Shown here piece after piece: positions 1-8,770 of a DNA stretch of 50,652 nt. The translations under genes were made by a program, and so were the position numbers. The DNA is taken from contig JBDRNT010000028.1 in assembly GCA_043810925.1 (NCBI GenBank), positions 1-50,652 of the forward strand. Reading direction: 5' to 3'. Each line of letters begins with the position of its first letter. Position 1 is the first letter of the stretch. The notes beneath the pieces are model-generated. The model was not told the origin of the DNA, ran no database searches, and saw only the letters and a program-made list of their open reading frames with translations. Origin of the DNA: Candidatus Eiseniibacteriota bacterium. GTDB lineage: Bacteria > Arandabacterota > Arandabacteria > Arandabacterales > Arandabacteraceae.

Positions 1-18
1 CCTCATGTCCATCCCCAT
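1..18 (-). CDS. 5' end of an unidentified gene running off the left edge, divergent from the cassette array
   Basis: The minus strand reads AGGAGG (32-27), then GTG CAG ATG GGG ATG GAC ATG AGG. The ATG at 18 lies 8 nt from the RBS. Too short to identify. Confidence 0.5.
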
Positions 19-145
19 CTGCACTACCTCCTGAGATCCGATCACACCGATTCCCGGAGGTTATCGCAGGCATATTTCGAATACTTTTTATTTTTGAGGC
101 AACGAACCCCGTTCGAATACATTTATTATGAGGCAATTCGATCTG

Positions 146-174
146 TTGACCCAGTGTAATACATTTGTTATAAT
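146..174 (+). promoter_or_regulatory. sigma70 promoter of the AbrB/Doc toxin-antitoxin pair
   Basis: TTGACC (146-151), 17 nt spacer, TATAAT (169-174), with an extended -10 TG. Confidence 0.8.
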
Positions 175-197
175 ATCCCATGAAAGGAGAGACTCCT

Positions 198-422
198 ATG
201 CGCAAGACTACTCTTCGCCGTGTTGGCAATAGCCTTGGTATAACTCTGCCCAAGACCGTCGTCGAGAACTACCACCTGGCTGAGGGTGACCAACTGAACC
301 TGTTGGAAACTGACGAGGGACTTGTCCTGACCCCGTTCAATCCAGAGTTCACTGCCTGGGCTAAGGCTTACGAGAGAACCAACCGCAGGTACCGCAATAC
401 CCTCAAGGCCTTGGCACGCTGA
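198..422 (+). CDS. AbrB/MazE/SpoVT-family antitoxin
   Basis: MRKTTLRRVGNSLGITLPK is the AbrB-fold signature. RBS AAAGGAGA precedes ATG 198. The stop overlaps the doc start (TGATG). Confidence 0.88.
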   Translation: MRKTTLRRVGNSLGITLPKTVVENYHLAEGDQLNLLETDEGLVLTPFNPEFTAWAKAYERTNRRYRNTLKALAR

Positions 423-817
423 TGGCGACCCGGTTCGTGCCTGAGGAGATCGTCCCTCGACTTCAGGCCGACCTGATCCAAAGGTATGGCGGCCGCCGCG
501 GCCTCCGTGACCCGGGTCTTCTTTCCTCCGCTCTGGCCCAGCCGAAAGCGACCGCTGGCCGTAAGTACGTTCACCGAACCATTTTCGACAAGGCTGCCGC
601 ATATGGCTACCATCTGGCACGGAATCACCCGTTCGTTGACGGCAACAAGAGAGTCGCTTTTGTGGTGATGGACGTCTTCCTCCAGATGAATGGCTGGCAG
701 ATTGATGCCCCTGAGAAAGAAGTATATAAGGTGGTTGCCGCCCTGGCTGCCGGCGAGACATCAAAGGCTGCCCTGGCCAAGTGGCTGAAAGCCAACTGTT
801 CTCGTCTCTCACCATAA
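422..817 (+). CDS. doc: Doc/Fic-family (death-on-curing) toxin
   Basis: HPFVDGNKR Fic motif and the GLRDPGLLSSALAQP N-terminal motif. Coupled to the antitoxin. Confidence 0.92.
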   Translation: MATRFVPEEIVPRLQADLIQRYGGRRGLRDPGLLSSALAQPKATAGRKYVHRTIFDKAAAYGYHLARNHPFVDGNKRVAFVVMDVFLQMNGWQIDAPEKEVYKVVAALAAGETSKAALAKWLKANCSRLSP

Positions 818-828
818 CCCTTCCCGCA

Positions 829-932
829 GCGTAACGAATAGGATTGTATCCGTAATGCTCGCCAAAACAACTCTGCGAGACAACCTGTACCTGACACCAC
901 GAGCACTACGGATACAATCCTATTCGTTGGAC
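829..932 (+). mobile_element. attC-like site 1 (atypical, near-perfect palindrome)
   Basis: GCGTAAC (829-835) to GTTGGAC (926-932, fits GTTRRRY). The 29-bp arms at 833-861 and 900-928 differ at one position. GTTGGAC is the exact complement of the next site's inverse core GTCCAAC. Confidence 0.6.
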
Positions 933-964
933 GGACTGAAATGGATGGAGAGAGTGGTAGTTAA

Positions 965-1690
965 ATGAATGGCAGCGCAGAAGGTCAGGCACGCTTGAGC
1001 CTGAAGTGGCTTCCCGTCGCTTGGGTCGGCCTAGGATTTACGGCGCTTGTTTTCGTCGTATTCGGAATGATCGAACGGGGTGACCCGACGCGAATTATCG
1101 AGGCGCGCTTTGGCGATGTCCCGCTGTTCGCATTTGCCGTGTACACGATTGGACTACTGGTCGCACTCCTCGTATTGCGTTATCTACTAAGTCGGCGGCA
1201 GCTCGGGTGGCGAAATGTGGGTGTAACGGGAGGGCTGTCTAGTAAGTCGGTACTCTATGCGTTCATTGGATGGCTTGTCGGGTTCTTCTTGTACTATATC
1301 GTGGAGATATCGCTTACTCGTATCGGCATCAGGATGTTCTGGAACGAAGGTGACTTCTTCGGGCTCGACACGCCCTGGCGGGTAATCGGTATCTGCTTCG
1401 CAACCCTGGTCATTGCCCCAATCGCGGAGGAGATCCTCTACCGTGGTTACGTACTTCAGGCATTGCTTGCCAAATTCTCTACTACACTCGCCGTACTCCT
1501 GTCCGCTCTGATCTTCGCGAGCATTCATATTGGTATTGGTCCCTGGATGGTCGTCTACCTGTTCTTGGGGGCTCTCATTCCTGCATATCTGTTTATCAGG
1601 TTCAGGAGTATATATCCGTGCGTGCTTATGCATTTCTTGAACAACATTGTCGCTTATGTCGTCATTCCTATGGTTGTTGGAAAGGGGTGA
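965..1690 (+). CDS. CPBP (CAAX/Abi) family intramembrane glutamic protease, cassette-borne
   Basis: APIAEEILYRG (EExxxR), FASIH (FxxxH) and MHFLNN (HxxxN) motifs. Multiple TM segments. Visibly more AT-rich than the backbone genes. Confidence 0.9.
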   Translation: MNGSAEGQARLSLKWLPVAWVGLGFTALVFVVFGMIERGDPTRIIEARFGDVPLFAFAVYTIGLLVALLVLRYLLSRRQLGWRNVGVTGGLSSKSVLYAFIGWLVGFFLYYIVEISLTRIGIRMFWNEGDFFGLDTPWRVIGICFATLVIAPIAEEILYRGYVLQALLAKFSTTLAVLLSALIFASIHIGIGPWMVVYLFLGALIPAYLFIRFRSIYPCVLMHFLNNIVAYVVIPMVVGKG

Positions 1691-1698
1691 GCGTGGCC

Positions 1699-1796
1699 GT
1701 CCAACAAGCGCTTGCACCTGACAATCGCGTCTGTCACGCTTCGTGCTGGCGCACGAACCGCGCCAGCCACGCTTGCAGGTGAAGCCAACGTTCGGC
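1699..1796 (+). mobile_element. canonical integron attC site 2 (98 bp)
   Basis: Inverse core GTCCAAC (1699-1705). The left arm gcttGcacctgAcaa pairs with the right arm ttgcaggtgaagc, leaving two unpaired bases. Internal hairpin ttcgtgc/gcacgaa. Core GTTCGGC (1790-1796). Confidence 0.85.
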
Positions 1797-1810
1797 AGGA
1801 GAAAATGGAC

Positions 1811-1846
1811 TTGACAAACTGTCAAGCGATATGTACAGTGTACATA
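1811..1846 (+). promoter_or_regulatory. cassette-internal brnTA promoter with overlapping palindromic operators
   Basis: TTGACA (1811-1816), 17 nt spacer, TACAGT (1834-1839). Palindromes TTGACAaacTGTCAA and ATATGTACAgTGTACATAT cover the -35 and the -10/start. Confidence 0.7.
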
Positions 1847-2130
1847 TGAATGATATTCGATTTGAGTGGGACGAAAGGAAGAACCGGGAGAACCGGCGAA
1901 AACATGGGATCTCATTCGAGGAAGCCCAGACAGTTTTCGTGGACGAGAATGCTATTCGCTATTTCGACCCGGATCATTCTGAGGATGAGGATCGGTTCCT
2001 GATTCTGGGGATGAGTTTCACCCTTCGTGTCCTCGTTGTGTGTCATTGCTACCGGGCCGACGATTTGGTGATCCGTATCATCTCTGCGAGGAAGGCTGAC
2101 AAGAGGGAACAATCAGCTTACTGGAGTTAA
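1846..2130 (+). CDS. brnT: BrnT-family ribonuclease toxin
   Basis: FEWDERKNRENRRKHGISFEEA, EDRF and IRIISARKA are the BrnT signatures. Start placed at MNDIRF (ORF track start 1831). Confidence 0.92.
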   Translation: MNDIRFEWDERKNRENRRKHGISFEEAQTVFVDENAIRYFDPDHSEDEDRFLILGMSFTLRVLVVCHCYRADDLVIRIISARKADKREQSAYWS

Positions 2131-2133
2131 GTC

Positions 2134-2352
2134 ATGAGAAAACATTACGACTTCGACAAAATGAAGGGCGAGAAGAATCCGTACGTCAAGGACCTCAAGC
2201 AACCCATTACAATCCGGCTGGACAAGGCCACCGTTGCTTACTTCAAGGCATTGGCCGCAGAACTGGGCATGCCCTATCAGAACTTGATCAACCTCTACCT
2301 CCGAGACTGCGCTTTGCATCACAAGAAGCTCCACATCAAATGGGCAAGATAG
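2134..2352 (+). CDS. brnA: BrnA-family antitoxin (RHH)
   Basis: MRKHYDF...KQPITIRLDKATVAYFK...GMPYQNLINLYL, directly after brnT. Confidence 0.9.
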   Translation: MRKHYDFDKMKGEKNPYVKDLKQPITIRLDKATVAYFKALAAELGMPYQNLINLYLRDCALHHKKLHIKWAR

Positions 2353-2356
2353 TTTT

Positions 2357-2413
2357 GCCGAACAAGAGCGTGCACAGGAAGCTTAACGGCGGCTGTGATG
2401 CCCACCGTTACGG
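2357..2413 (+). mobile_element. degenerate or truncated attC site 3
   Basis: Inverse core GCCGAAC (2357-2363) is the exact complement of core GTTCGGC at 1790. It is followed by aagagcgtgcacagg, resembling the left arm of site 2, then a short TAACGG...CCGTTA hairpin. Confidence 0.6.
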
Positions 2414-2490
2414 AAAGAGGATCAGAAGTATAGTATAGTAAAGTAGTGACGGTGGATGCTGCAGATGTCGAGAAGTGAGAGGAGGCGCGC

Positions 2491-3027
2491 ATGACGATTG
2501 GCATGGCATCAAAGAGCAGGCGGCCGGTGGCCAGTCGGCTCGCCTGCACGCTTGTAGCGATACTGGCAGCCGGATGCGCGCATATGGGTCCTGCGGTTAC
2601 TCCTGTCTACGAGGTAACCGGTACCGTCGGCTGCAAGGATGAAAGAACGAACCAGTTACTGGGCGGAGTACACGACCCGGAGGAGTGCGTTCAGTTCGAC
2701 TATGATGGAGAGAGCGTTCTCACTCTCAGGCATGTCAATATTCGCGAGAACTGCGCTGTAGTGCAAATCGCGGGCGAGATTGAGTTTGGCAGCGGCAACG
2801 TGATTCGGATCGAGGAATGGCCAGAGATGGATGGCTCTCCTTATCTCGCCTTCTGCACCTGTCTATTCGATGTTGATTACAGAATTACTGGGCTCGGTTC
2901 TGGAGAGTATCGAGTGATGATCGGGTCGCCCGGCTTCTCCATCCCGCACACAGATTTTGAGCTTCGTTTGCTCGACCGCCCATGCAGGGGGGAGTTACGC
3001 ATTCATCGGACGGGCGATTCCGGGTAG
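2491..3027 (+). CDS. hypothetical Cys-rich lipoprotein
   Basis: RBS GGAGG. Basic N-terminus, hydrophobic stretch and lipobox LAAGC. Beta-rich mature region with NC and CxC motifs. Confidence 0.65.
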   Translation: MTIGMASKSRRPVASRLACTLVAILAAGCAHMGPAVTPVYEVTGTVGCKDERTNQLLGGVHDPEECVQFDYDGESVLTLRHVNIRENCAVVQIAGEIEFGSGNVIRIEEWPEMDGSPYLAFCTCLFDVDYRITGLGSGEYRVMIGSPGFSIPHTDFELRLLDRPCRGELRIHRTGDSG

Positions 3028-3060
3028 AACGTCTGCCCACTTGCTGATTCTCTTTCCTCG

Positions 3061-3143
3061 TGCTCAGACTCGCTGGTGCGGCCTTTTGGGACGCAAGCGA
3101 ATGCCTTTTCTGAGCAGGGCGGGCCGAAAGGCCGCACCAGCGA
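3061..3143. repeat. intergenic inverted repeats
   Basis: A perfect 17-bp IR, tcgctggtgcggccttt (3070-3086) and aaaggccgcaccagcga (3127-3143), plus tgctcaga (3061-3068) and tctgagca (3109-3116). Confidence 0.7.
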
Positions 3144-3164
3144 TCATCCCCTGTTCATAAGGGA

Positions 3165-3193
3165 TTGACTGGGCTTTCCGGGCGTGTTAGCTT
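3165..3193 (+). promoter_or_regulatory. putative sigma70 promoter of valS
   Basis: TTGACT, 17 nt spacer, TAGCTT, with an extended TG. Confidence 0.5.
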
Positions 3194-3229
3194 CTGCACC
3201 AAGAACCTCAAGACCCGGGAGACATATAT

Positions 3230-5848
3230 ATGGAGAGTCGATACGATCCTCGGAGTGCCGAAGAGAAGTGGTACTCATTCTGGCTCAAAAGGAATCTCTT
3301 CACGCCCGAACCGCGGGATGGGGAGCCTTTCGTCATTGTTATGCCTCCACCGAACATCACGGGAATGCTCACCATCGGACACGTTCTCAATATGTCCATA
3401 CAGGATGCGTTGATCCGGTGGAACATGCTCTCCGGACGTGAATCTCTCTGGCTACCGGGTAAGGATCATGCCGGCATTGCCACCCAGACCGCCGTCGAAC
3501 GCCAGCTCGCCGAAAAGGGACTGACACGCCACTCGATCGGCCGCGAAAAGTTCCTCGAGCGCGTCTGGCAGTGGAAAGACGCCATGAACAGCAAGATAAC
3601 CGAGCAGCTCCAGCATCTCGGTTGTGCCTGCGACTGGACAAGGGAAAGATTCACGATGGACGATCAACTGTCGCGGGCGGTGAGGACGGCGTTTGTCACA
3701 CTCTTCAAGGAAGGTCTGATCTACCGCGGCGAGTACGTTATCAACTCATGCCCCAGGTGCCTGACCACGCTCTCAGACGAGGAAGTCGAGCGGGAAGATG
3801 TCGCGGGCAAACTCTACTACATGCGCTATCCCATCGAGGGAGGCGGACACGTCACCGTCGCCACGACAAGACCTGAGACCATGCTCGGCGATGTCGCCGT
3901 CGCCGTCAGTCCCGACGACAAGAGGTATAAGGACTCGTGGGGTAAGACGATTGTGCTCCCGATCATCGGGCGGAAGATGCCGTTTATAAAGGACGAATTC
4001 GTCGATCCGGAGTTCGGGACTGGAGCAGTGAAGGTCACCCCGGCCCATGACGCGGATGATTTTCTGATGGGCCAGCGGCACGGGTTAAAATCGGTTGTGG
4101 TCATGGATAAGACCGGTGTGATGAATGACAATGCAGGTCCGATGAAGGGCCTTGACCGGTTCGAGGCAAGAAAGCGTGTACTCGAACAGCTCGAGCAGGA
4201 AGGTCTGCTTGAGAAAGTGACCGACTATGCTCTTTCGCTGGGCAAGTGCTATAGATGCTCTACGGTCGTGGAGCCCCATTTGTCAAAGCAGTACTTCGTA
4301 AAGATGGAGCCGCTGGCCAAGCCGGCCATCGATGTGGTGAGAAGTGGCAGGGTCACGTTCCATCCCGACCGGTGGACCAAGGTCTACTATAACTGGATGG
4401 AGGGAATACGCGACTGGTGCATATCGAGGCAGCTCTGGTGGGGCCATCGCATACCCGTCTGGCACTGTAAGAGTTGTGATGAGATGGTAAGCGAGATCGA
4501 TGATCCCACCGAATGTCCGTCGTGCGGAGGCGCGTTGGTCCAGGAGGAGGATGTCTTGGACACGTGGTTCTCCTCGTGGTTGTGGCCGATTTCGACCCTC
4601 GGCTGGCCGGGTGAAACGGCGGACCTCAAGCGATACTACCCGACGTCGGTCCTGGTCACCGGGCCGGACATAATATTCTTCTGGGTTGCGCGAATGATAA
4701 TGGCCGGACTCCACTTCGCCGGGGAGATTCCGTTCCGGGATGTGTACCTTCACGGCCTGATAAGAGACGAGTTCGGGCAGAAGATGTCCAAGTCGCTCGG
4801 CAACTCACCCGACCCGTCGGATCTGACAGCGAAGTACGGTGCGGATGCGCTCAGGTTCACCATAATTTCACTGACACCCAAGGGATCGGATGTTCTCTTT
4901 GCTGAGAGGCAGGTCGAGACCGGGCGGAATTTCGCAAACAAGGTCTGGAATGCCTCGCGGTTGATCAATGCGGCAACGGAGGAAATCCGGGCCGGGGATA
5001 TCGATGCCGGGAAGATGGAGCTCTCCGACAGGTGGATCATAAGCCGCACGGGGGAAGTGACTCGCCAGATCGCCGGCTACGTGGATGGCTTTGAGCTCAA
5101 CCAGGCCGCAAAGACGGTCTATGACTTCGTCTGGCACGAGTTCTGCGACTGGTATCTTGAGATCGCGAAGGAGAGATTCTACGGGGACGATGCCGCCGAC
5201 CGGCGCCAGGCAGGCGCCGTGGCGAAAACCGTGCTGTCACAACAGCTCAAACTGCTTCATCCGTTCATGCCTTTTCTCACCGAAGAGATCTGGAGTGTGT
5301 TGGATCTGGGTGGCGGAAGCATCCTTGACGAGAGGTTTGGCGGTACTGAGGACTTCGCGCGCGACACCGAAGCGGAAGGCGTAATGGCAGCTCTTGTCGA
5401 AGTCGTGGAAGCGGTGAGAAACATAAGAGGAGAGATGGGAGTTCATCCTTCGGCAAGCGTACCTGTCTTTCTCGATTTCTCGGGTGACGAGGGGTCACGG
5501 GAAGGCGTGCTCGCCGCCGAGTCTTACATAGTCAAACTGGGGAAAGTGTCACAGGTGAGCGAGGGTAAGCCTTCGGAGGCCGAGGGCCCGGTCGCCACGA
5601 GCATCGTAAGAGGGATAGAGGTCGGAGTCCCGCTTGGAGACGTGATCGACGTCGAAGTTGAAAAAGCGCGACTTGGAAAAGAGCTCGCACGGATCGACGG
5701 GCTTATCAAGCGGACCGAGGCGAGGCTTGATAACCCGGATTTCGTCAGCAAGGCGCCACCGGAAGTCGTGACCAAGGAGAAGGACAGGATCGAGCAGCTC
5801 TTGCAGACCGCAACCAAGCTCAAGAAGAACCTCTCCCTGCTGGGCTGA
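3230..5848 (+). CDS. valS: valine--tRNA ligase
   Basis: PPPNITG.LTIGH (HIGH variant), DWCISRQLWWGHRIP, DVLDTWFSS, KMSKS and a C-terminal coiled coil with FVSKAP. Confidence 0.98.
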   Translation: MESRYDPRSAEEKWYSFWLKRNLFTPEPRDGEPFVIVMPPPNITGMLTIGHVLNMSIQDALIRWNMLSGRESLWLPGKDHAGIATQTAVERQLAEKGLTRHSIGREKFLERVWQWKDAMNSKITEQLQHLGCACDWTRERFTMDDQLSRAVRTAFVTLFKEGLIYRGEYVINSCPRCLTTLSDEEVEREDVAGKLYYMRYPIEGGGHVTVATTRPETMLGDVAVAVSPDDKRYKDSWGKTIVLPIIGRKMPFIKDEFVDPEFGTGAVKVTPAHDADDFLMGQRHGLKSVVVMDKTGVMNDNAGPMKGLDRFEARKRVLEQLEQEGLLEKVTDYALSLGKCYRCSTVVEPHLSKQYFVKMEPLAKPAIDVVRSGRVTFHPDRWTKVYYNWMEGIRDWCISRQLWWGHRIPVWHCKSCDEMVSEIDDPTECPSCGGALVQEEDVLDTWFSSWLWPISTLGWPGETADLKRYYPTSVLVTGPDIIFFWVARMIMAGLHFAGEIPFRDVYLHGLIRDEFGQKMSKSLGNSPDPSDLTAKYGADALRFTIISLTPKGSDVLFAERQVETGRNFANKVWNASRLINAATEEIRAGDIDAGKMELSDRWIISRTGEVTRQIAGYVDGFELNQAAKTVYDFVWHEFCDWYLEIAKERFYGDDAADRRQAGAVAKTVLSQQLKLLHPFMPFLTEEIWSVLDLGGGSILDERFGGTEDFARDTEAEGVMAALVEVVEAVRNIRGEMGVHPSASVPVFLDFSGDEGSREGVLAAESYIVKLGKVSQVSEGKPSEAEGPVATSIVRGIEVGVPLGDVIDVEVEKARLGKELARIDGLIKRTEARLDNPDFVSKAPPEVVTKEKDRIEQLLQTATKLKKNLSLLG

Positions 5849-5949
5849 CACGCCGTGCATCGTCACAGAACCGGAATCAAGGGAGTCGGGACACCGGCCC
5901 GGACCTGCTGGCGCGCGTACATCAAGTTGAGGGCCGGGGGAAACACGTA

Positions 5950-6726
5950 ATGGAAAGGATCGGCGACAGGCTTAGGAAGAGGAGAGAAGAACTAGGTTTT
6001 ACCATAGATGACATAGCCAGGGTCACCAGGTTTCGACCGGAGACCATCATGGCCGTCGAAGAGGGTAGAGCCGGTATCTTTCCCGCTGAAGCCTACCTCA
6101 AAGCCTTCCTGAGAGCTTATGCAAATACACTTGGATTGAATGCCGACGAGATCGTCCGGGAGCAGAAGAGCGAGGAGGAGCGCATCCGGGACGCCATAAA
6201 GGGAATCAGAGTGCAGCCCCGGAGAAACCTGAACATGCGGAAGATACTTCCGTGGCTTGCGGTCATTGCCGCAGTCGTGATAGTGGTCCTGGTCTTGTTC
6301 GACCGGTTCTACGCGGCGAAGGACGCTCCCGAGCAGAGGACGAGTGTCATGGGTGATTCGACCGGCGGGGAGACCGAACCCGGTAGCATCGTTGCCGTGC
6401 CCGAGACTCCGCTCAGTGGGCCTGTTGATGAGGAAGCCCAGCCGGGTAAGACACCGGCGCTTTCCACCGTTGGGTCGGTTTCGAAGCTCGAGGTGGCCGT
6501 AAGCGGCTGGCCGATCAGGGCCCGCCTTAGAAGCGGGGACAGTGTCCTTGTGGAAGGCTGGCTCAGACCGGGCTATGCCGATACCTTCTATTGTACCCAA
6601 CCCTTTGTCATCGATTATCTGACCGACAGGGACGCTGTCTCTCTCACACTTGACGGTAAGCCTGTCGAACTTCCCGCGTCCAGGGACAAGCAGATCTCCG
6701 AATTCGAGATCGGCTCCGGACAGTGA
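5950..6726 (+). CDS. rodZ: RodZ-like HTH membrane protein
   Basis: N-terminal HTH ([13 protein letters not shown]...[15 protein letters not shown]), one TM helix, a low-complexity linker and a C-terminal beta domain. Confidence 0.8.
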   Translation: MERIGDRLRKRREELGFTIDDIARVTRFRPETIMAVEEGRAGIFPAEAYLKAFLRAYANTLGLNADEIVREQKSEEERIRDAIKGIRVQPRRNLNMRKILPWLAVIAAVVIVVLVLFDRFYAAKDAPEQRTSVMGDSTGGETEPGSIVAVPETPLSGPVDEEAQPGKTPALSTVGSVSKLEVAVSGWPIRARLRSGDSVLVEGWLRPGYADTFYCTQPFVIDYLTDRDAVSLTLDGKPVELPASRDKQISEFEIGSGQ

Positions 6727-6739
6727 GAGCAACGAGACG

Positions 6740-8770
6740 ATGAAATTCAAGCTCGTGTCCAAGTTCAAGCCAACGGGTGACCAGCCACGGGCCATAAGCG
6801 AGCTGGCCGAGGGCATAAGACTGGACAAGAGGTGGCAGACGCTGCTCGGTGTGACGGGCTCGGGTAAGACCTTTACGATGGCGAACGTCATAGCCGAGAT
6901 CGGACTCCCCACGCTGATCATGTCGCACAACAAGACACTGGCTGCGCAGCTCTATGCGGAGTTTCGAGGTTTCTTTCCGGACAACGCCGTTGAGTACTTC
7001 ATAAGCTACTACGACTACTACCAGCCGGAGGCGTATCTGCCGTCCACCGACACCTATATAGAGAAGGACGCCTCGATCAATGAGGATATCGACAAACTGA
7101 GACTCAGGGCGACCTCATCCGTGCTTGAGCGACAGGACGTGATCGTGGTTGCAAGCGTGTCCTGCATATACGGAATCGGATCTCCTGAGGATTTCAAGAG
7201 CATGCTTGTCAGCGTAGACAAGGGCGAGACTGTCCCGCGGGATGCGCTCTTAAGAAAGCTCGTCGACATACAGTATGCCCGCAACGATTATGATTTCGTG
7301 CGTGGCACGTTTCGTGTCAGGGGCGACACGGTTGAGATAAGACCGTCCAGCGAGGAGTATGCGGTCCGCATCGAGATGTTCGGTGACGAGGTGACACGTC
7401 TTTCGACCGTGGATACGCTCACCGGAAATATCCTCAACGAGAAGGAGTCGGTGAGCATATACCCGGCGAAGCACTTCGTGATGCCCTACGCGCAGATGGA
7501 GGCCGCCTTAAAGGACATAGAGGATGAGCTTAAGGAGTCGCTTAGGAGGCTTAGAGACGACAACAATCTTCTTGAGGCCCAGCGGCTTGAGACCCGGACA
7601 AGGTATGATTTAGAGATGATAAGGGAACTGGGGTATTGCCCCGGGATTGAGAACTATTCACGACATCTTAGCGGCAGATCGACGGGTGAGCCTCCATGCA
7701 CGCTTATCGATTACTTCCCCGAACGATTCCTGATGATCATAGATGAATCTCACGTGACGCTTCCCCAGGTGCGGGGCATGTATGAAGGTGACAGGTCCCG
7801 GAAAAGCACGCTTGTCAAGTACGGTTTCAGGCTGCCTTCAGCGCTTGATAACCGGCCGCTTAAGTTTCCGGAGTTTGAAGCGAAGATCAACCACGTGGTG
7901 TTCGTCTCCGCCACTCCCGCGGACTTCGAGCTGGAAAAGTGCGGCGGCGTGGTGGTCGAGCAGATCATCCGGCCGACCGGGCTCGTCGATCCCGAGGTTG
8001 AGGTCCGTCCCGTCGGTGACCAGGTCGACGATCTCATAGGCGAGATACGCGAAGTGACGGCACGCGGTGAGAGAACGCTCGTCACCACGCTTACCAAGCG
8101 GATGGCCGAGGATCTTACCGACTATCTCATCTCACTTGAGATGAACGCACGCTACCTGCACTCGGATATCGACGCCATAGAAAGAGTGGAAATACTCAGG
8201 GGTCTCAGGCTCAGGGAATTCGATGTGATTGTCGGGATCAACCTTCTTCGTGAGGGCCTTGACCTGCCCGAGGTTTCGCTCGTTGCCGTGCTGGATGCCG
8301 ATAAGGAGGGCTTCCTGCGCTCGGAGACCTCGCTCATACAGGTTGCCGGCAGGGCCGCCAGACACGTAGCGGGGAAGGTCATTTTGTACGCCGACAAGAT
8401 AACGGGTTCCATGGATCGGGCGATGAAGGAAACCCGCAGGCGAAGGAAAATCCAGATGGAGTACAACAAGAAGCATGGGATCATACCGAGGACGATCGTA
8501 AAGACCGCTGAGGAGATTCTCCAGGCAACTTCCGTTGCCGACTCAGGCCGGGGAGAATCGCAGAGTCCCGGTCAGGAATTCGAAGCCAACGACTACGAGG
8601 ACATGCTTGTTCGTCTTGAGCACGAGATGATGGAGGCGGCGAAGAATCGCGAATTCGAAAAAGCTGCATCCCTTCGTGACCGGATGGAGGACATCGTAGC
8701 AATGATGGCGATGGAAGGGACGAGGCCGTCCAGGGCGAAAACGATGCGAAGAAGAGGTAGGAGACGATGA
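6740..8770 (+). CDS. uvrB: excinuclease ABC subunit B
   Basis: [28 protein letters not shown] and a C-terminal UVR domain. Start at ATG 6740. Confidence 0.98.
   Translation: MKFKLVSKFKPTGDQPRAISELAEGIRLDKRWQTLLGVTGSGKTFTMANVIAEIGLPTLIMSHNKTLAAQLYAEFRGFFPDNAVEYFISYYDYYQPEAYLPSTDTYIEKDASINEDIDKLRLRATSSVLERQDVIVVASVSCIYGIGSPEDFKSMLVSVDKGETVPRDALLRKLVDIQYARNDYDFVRGTFRVRGDTVEIRPSSEEYAVRIEMFGDEVTRLSTVDTLTGNILNEKESVSIYPAKHFVMPYAQMEAALKDIEDELKESLRRLRDDNNLLEAQRLETRTRYDLEMIRELGYCPGIENYSRHLSGRSTGEPPCTLIDYFPERFLMIIDESHVTLPQVRGMYEGDRSRKSTLVKYGFRLPSALDNRPLKFPEFEAKINHVVFVSATPADFELEKCGGVVVEQIIRPTGLVDPEVEVRPVGDQVDDLIGEIREVTARGERTLVTTLTKRMAEDLTDYLISLEMNARYLHSDIDAIERVEILRGLRLREFDVIVGINLLREGLDLPEVSLVAVLDADKEGFLRSETSLIQVAGRAARHVAGKVILYADKITGSMDRAMKETRRRRKIQMEYNKKHGIIPRTIVKTAEEILQATSVADSGRGESQSPGQEFEANDYEDMLVRLEHEMMEAAKNREFEKAASLRDRMEDIVAMMAMEGTRPSRAKTMRRRGRRR

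Noticed and set aside
103-115. CGAAC-ccc-GTTCG as a Gram-positive-type LexA box
   Set aside because: The spacer is 3 nt, whereas the Cheo box needs GAAC-N4-GTTC.
812-2413. Palindromic repeats as a CRISPR array
   Set aside because: The repeats differ from one another, are separated by whole genes, and no cas genes are present. An attC interpretation fits better.
2424-2446. Short AGTAT tandem (aagtatagtatagtaaagtag)
   Set aside because: Only 3-4 degenerate units. Likely promoter-region low complexity.
2491-3027. Lipoprotein as a fourth integron cassette
   Set aside because: No inverse core complementary to GTTACGG and no attC-like arms follow the gene.
3028-3229. T-box riboswitch ahead of valS
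   Set aside because: No AGGGTGGNACCGCG T-box motif, and the predicted promoter is too close to the start codon.
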